Part shown: positions 45,623 to 47,446 of the stretch, in pieces
How the letters are laid out: every line of letters starts with the position of its first letter
How positions within the stretch are numbered: position 1 is the first letter of the stretch
Origin: a virus
Taxonomy: Duplodnaviria > Caudoviricetes
DNA: 47,446 nt
IMG/VR virus record: IMGVR_UViG_3300016665_000105
Location: 1-47,446 of that record
Strand: one strand, 5' to 3'
The notes under the pieces: model-generated
The model's input: only the letters and a program-made list of their open reading frames with translations
What the model was told of the DNA's origin: nothing
The model's database searches: none
Program-made: the position numbers and the translations under genes

Positions 45623-45980
45623 TGCGTTGTTCCTTGATGGCTTCCTTCATCTTGATGCGCTTGTATTCCGTGAGTGCAAACGCAACAGCTTCCGGCGTGG
45701 ATCTGCATTGCACTCCGTTGGAATTGTACGCAGACTGATGCGTCGTGATGTCGGTGAGAATGTCGATTACTTCATCGAGAGTATCCGTCCGAAGTGAGCG
45801 GTTAACGAACTGTGAAAGAGCGTATGCCCAACCTGCGATGGAAGTGCCAGCCTTTCCAATAGTAATGGAGATGGTGATTGGATTCGTTTCGACTACGAAG
45901 ATATTCGCCGTACCATCCGGCGTTGTCCATCGAAACGAATACATGGGAAAGGTATCAGTCTTCGTCATCGTCGTCATCAT
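45609..45980 (-). CDS. stand-alone TSCPD-domain (NrdJb-like) protein
   Basis: TPDG...I, IGKAGT...AL..VN.SLR, EVI..L..I, STPEAVA.AL match the C-terminal domain of class II ribonucleotide reductases. Confidence 0.75.
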   Translation of the reverse strand: MMTTMTKTDTFPMYSFRWTTPDGTANIFVVETNPITISITIGKAGTSIAGWAYALSQFVNRSLRTDTLDEVIDILTDITTHQSAYNSNGVQCRSTPEAVAFALTEYKRIKMKEAIKEQRNGAA

Positions 45981-46242
45981 CGTCGAACTCTACATCGCTA
46001 TCATCGAAGTAATCTTCTTCCTCATCATCTTCCTCATCAACAAGGTTAGCAGGAACCTCACCGTAGACGATGACATAATCCAGCTTAGTCAATGCATCTA
46101 CTAGTTCCTTCGGTGGCTCGTATCCCTCTGCATCCAACGATGCGTCAAGGATGTTAAGCACATCCAGAACAGCAGCGTTTACGTTGGGCTCAAGGTTAAG
46201 ATGACGAGCGATAAGCAGACGAACATCACGGATGGCGCTCAT
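45955..46242 (-). CDS. hypothetical protein with very acidic C-terminal tail
   Basis: Start moved to ATG 46242; ends DEEDDEEEDYFDDSDVEFDDDDDDDED. Confidence 0.75.
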   Translation of the reverse strand: MSAIRDVRLLIARHLNLEPNVNAAVLDVLNILDASLDAEGYEPPKELVDALTKLDYVIVYGEVPANLVDEEDDEEEDYFDDSDVEFDDDDDDDED

Positions 46243-46250
46243 GTTTTCTC

Positions 46251-46466
46251 TCAGCTGAAGTGGTAGATTTCGATGTTGTCGAGGCCCAGCAGGAATTGGC
46301 GAAGTTTCTTTTTGTTTGTATACCTCATGTTGAAATAAGAAGAGAGAATCCAATCACCCCAAAGATCAGAGAAGTATTGTACTGTGTAGTACTTACTGCC
46401 CCGCTCTTTGTACGCTATGTACAAACACAAGTGTGGTTCGTCTGGATCGTATGAGAAGAGGATCAT
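46251..46466 (-). CDS. hypothetical protein, paralog 3 of MILF...EIYH family
   Basis: GGAG SD, ATGA coupling; shares motif with the two upstream ORFs. Confidence 0.7.
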   Translation of the reverse strand: MILFSYDPDEPHLCLYIAYKERGSKYYTVQYFSDLWGDWILSSYFNMRYTNKKKLRQFLLGLDNIEIYHFS

Positions 46467-46684
46467 GGTATCTCCATGTGGTAGATTTCATGGTTTGGGT
46501 AGTTACGTTCAAGCCATGCCAGCAAACTAGAAGGAGTAAACATACTAGACATAGCAGACTTTTCCCACCTTGCATTTCTTGGATGACAATATTCCACGGT
46601 AAGTAGTCCCCTCTCGTCTTCCATGTATCCTATGTACAGCATGCAAAGCTCGTCTTTCAAACTGTAGAGTGAGAAGAGGATCAT
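46463..46684 (-). CDS. hypothetical protein, paralog 2 of MILF...EIYH family
   Basis: ATGA coupling; shared motif. Confidence 0.7.
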   Translation of the reverse strand: MILFSLYSLKDELCMLYIGYMEDERGLLTVEYCHPRNARWEKSAMSSMFTPSSLLAWLERNYPNHEIYHMEIP

Positions 46685-46893
46685 AGGTCATCGTCGTGAA
46701 AGATTTCGTAACCTGGAAACGAGTATATGTAAGACAACAGTTCTTCTTTGCTGTTAAACTCAAGATCAACTGGACTAGGAATGAAACGGTTGGCTGAGTA
46801 ATTGTCGTAATACTCTACGCGCCACCGATTGAGATGATCCAAGTATGCTATGTGTAACTTGAAAAAGGGCCAAAGGAGATTAAATAAAATCAT
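46681..46893 (-). CDS. hypothetical protein, paralog 1 of MILF...EIFH family
   Basis: Starts 1 nt after DenV-like stop; shared motif. Confidence 0.7.
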   Translation of the reverse strand: MILFNLLWPFFKLHIAYLDHLNRWRVEYYDNYSANRFIPSPVDLEFNSKEELLSYIYSFPGYEIFHDDDL

Positions 46894-46894
46894 A

Positions 46895-47368
46895 TCATTT
46901 TACCGGCCAGAAGTATTCGATGTCATCGTAGTTCTCCGGAACATCCGGGAACTTTGGAAGATAGAACTCTGCATCTTTGCGTACAAGATTGCAACGATGC
47001 GAGAAGGTTAGCTTGTCACGAAGAAGGGGATCTGCCCACCAGAAAGGCACGATGTATTCGTGTCGCTTGAGGCGCTTCATGAAGAACTCGCCAAGCTTAC
47101 GATTGTCTAGGATTCCTCTGTTGTCACACTCCATGCAAATGTGCAACGCATACATGCAAAGCACATGCTCGTATCCTCTCCACATCTTCGTCGCTGGATG
47201 ATTGCGCCATCCAATCGCAGGACCGATGACGTTTTCATCTGCGTCAAGACGAATGCCACGCGCAGCGTTGTAGATTTGCATACACTCAACGCGTTGCTTG
47301 TTGAGTCTGCGAGAATCTAAGGAGCGAGCGCAGTCAAAGAATGTACGATGCGGTAGAAAAGTTTGCAT
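46895..47368 (-). CDS. pyrimidine-dimer DNA glycosylase/endonuclease V-like protein (MSMEG_6728-type)
   Basis: MQTFLP...LD..RL.KQRVE..QI, GW.NHPA..MW.GY, SHR.NL.RKD..FY, Y.WP. Confidence 0.88.
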   Translation of the reverse strand: MQTFLPHRTFFDCARSLDSRRLNKQRVECMQIYNAARGIRLDADENVIGPAIGWRNHPATKMWRGYEHVLCMYALHICMECDNRGILDNRKLGEFFMKRLKRHEYIVPFWWADPLLRDKLTFSHRCNLVRKDAEFYLPKFPDVPENYDDIEYFWPVK

Positions 47369-47416
47369 GTTTGTGTTGGAAAGTATGTGTGTGGTTTTTG
47401 TGCGGGGTGTTCTTAT

Positions 47417-47445
47417 ATGGTAGCGGGGGGTGGGTCCGGAGTCAA
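47417..47445 (-). promoter_or_regulatory. sigma70-type promoter for the replication block
   Basis: TTGACT-N17-TACCAT; the CCCC prefix is completed across the end-start junction. Confidence 0.7.
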
Positions 47446-47446
47446 G

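Noticed and set aside
1-47446. Prophage, integrase, DGR or retron
   Set aside because: No integrase, repressor, reverse transcriptase, template/variable repeat pair or host genes recognised

Overview
The window looks like a complete, circularly permuted ~47.4 kb genome of an uncultured podovirus-like dsDNA phage. Joining base 47446 to base 1 rebuilds a CCCCTTGAC promoter motif also present at 3297-3306. A rightward virion/packaging/lysis block (6859-35413) carries accessory fibre genes, TerS/TerL, portal, scaffold, a gpT-like major capsid, P22-like tail and ejection proteins and a GH108 lysin. A leftward early/replication block (35468-47368, continuing 176-6174) carries DenV-like, TSCPD, Cas4-like nuclease, Sak4-like, SSB, tRNA-Gln, GroES, ThyX, PolA, a DUF3987-type P-loop protein and an SNF2 helicase. 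The blocks diverge from a repeat-rich control region (about 5430-6858) and converge on a bidirectional terminator at about 35413-35449. I found no integrase, RNA polymerase or recognisable primase. The strongest oddities are: (1) a family A polymerase split inside the palm into two separately translated genes around two unrelated ORFs, with His at position 762 and a degenerate UDG domain; (2) a ~197-nt multi-stem, probably pseudoknotted RNA element between ssb and tRNA-Gln; (3) a D-armless tRNA-like element at 3313-3370; (4) one gene bracketed by a ~48-bp inverted repeat, next to tandem sigma54-type promoters with palindromic operators. All family assignments come from reading motifs by eye; no database search was run.
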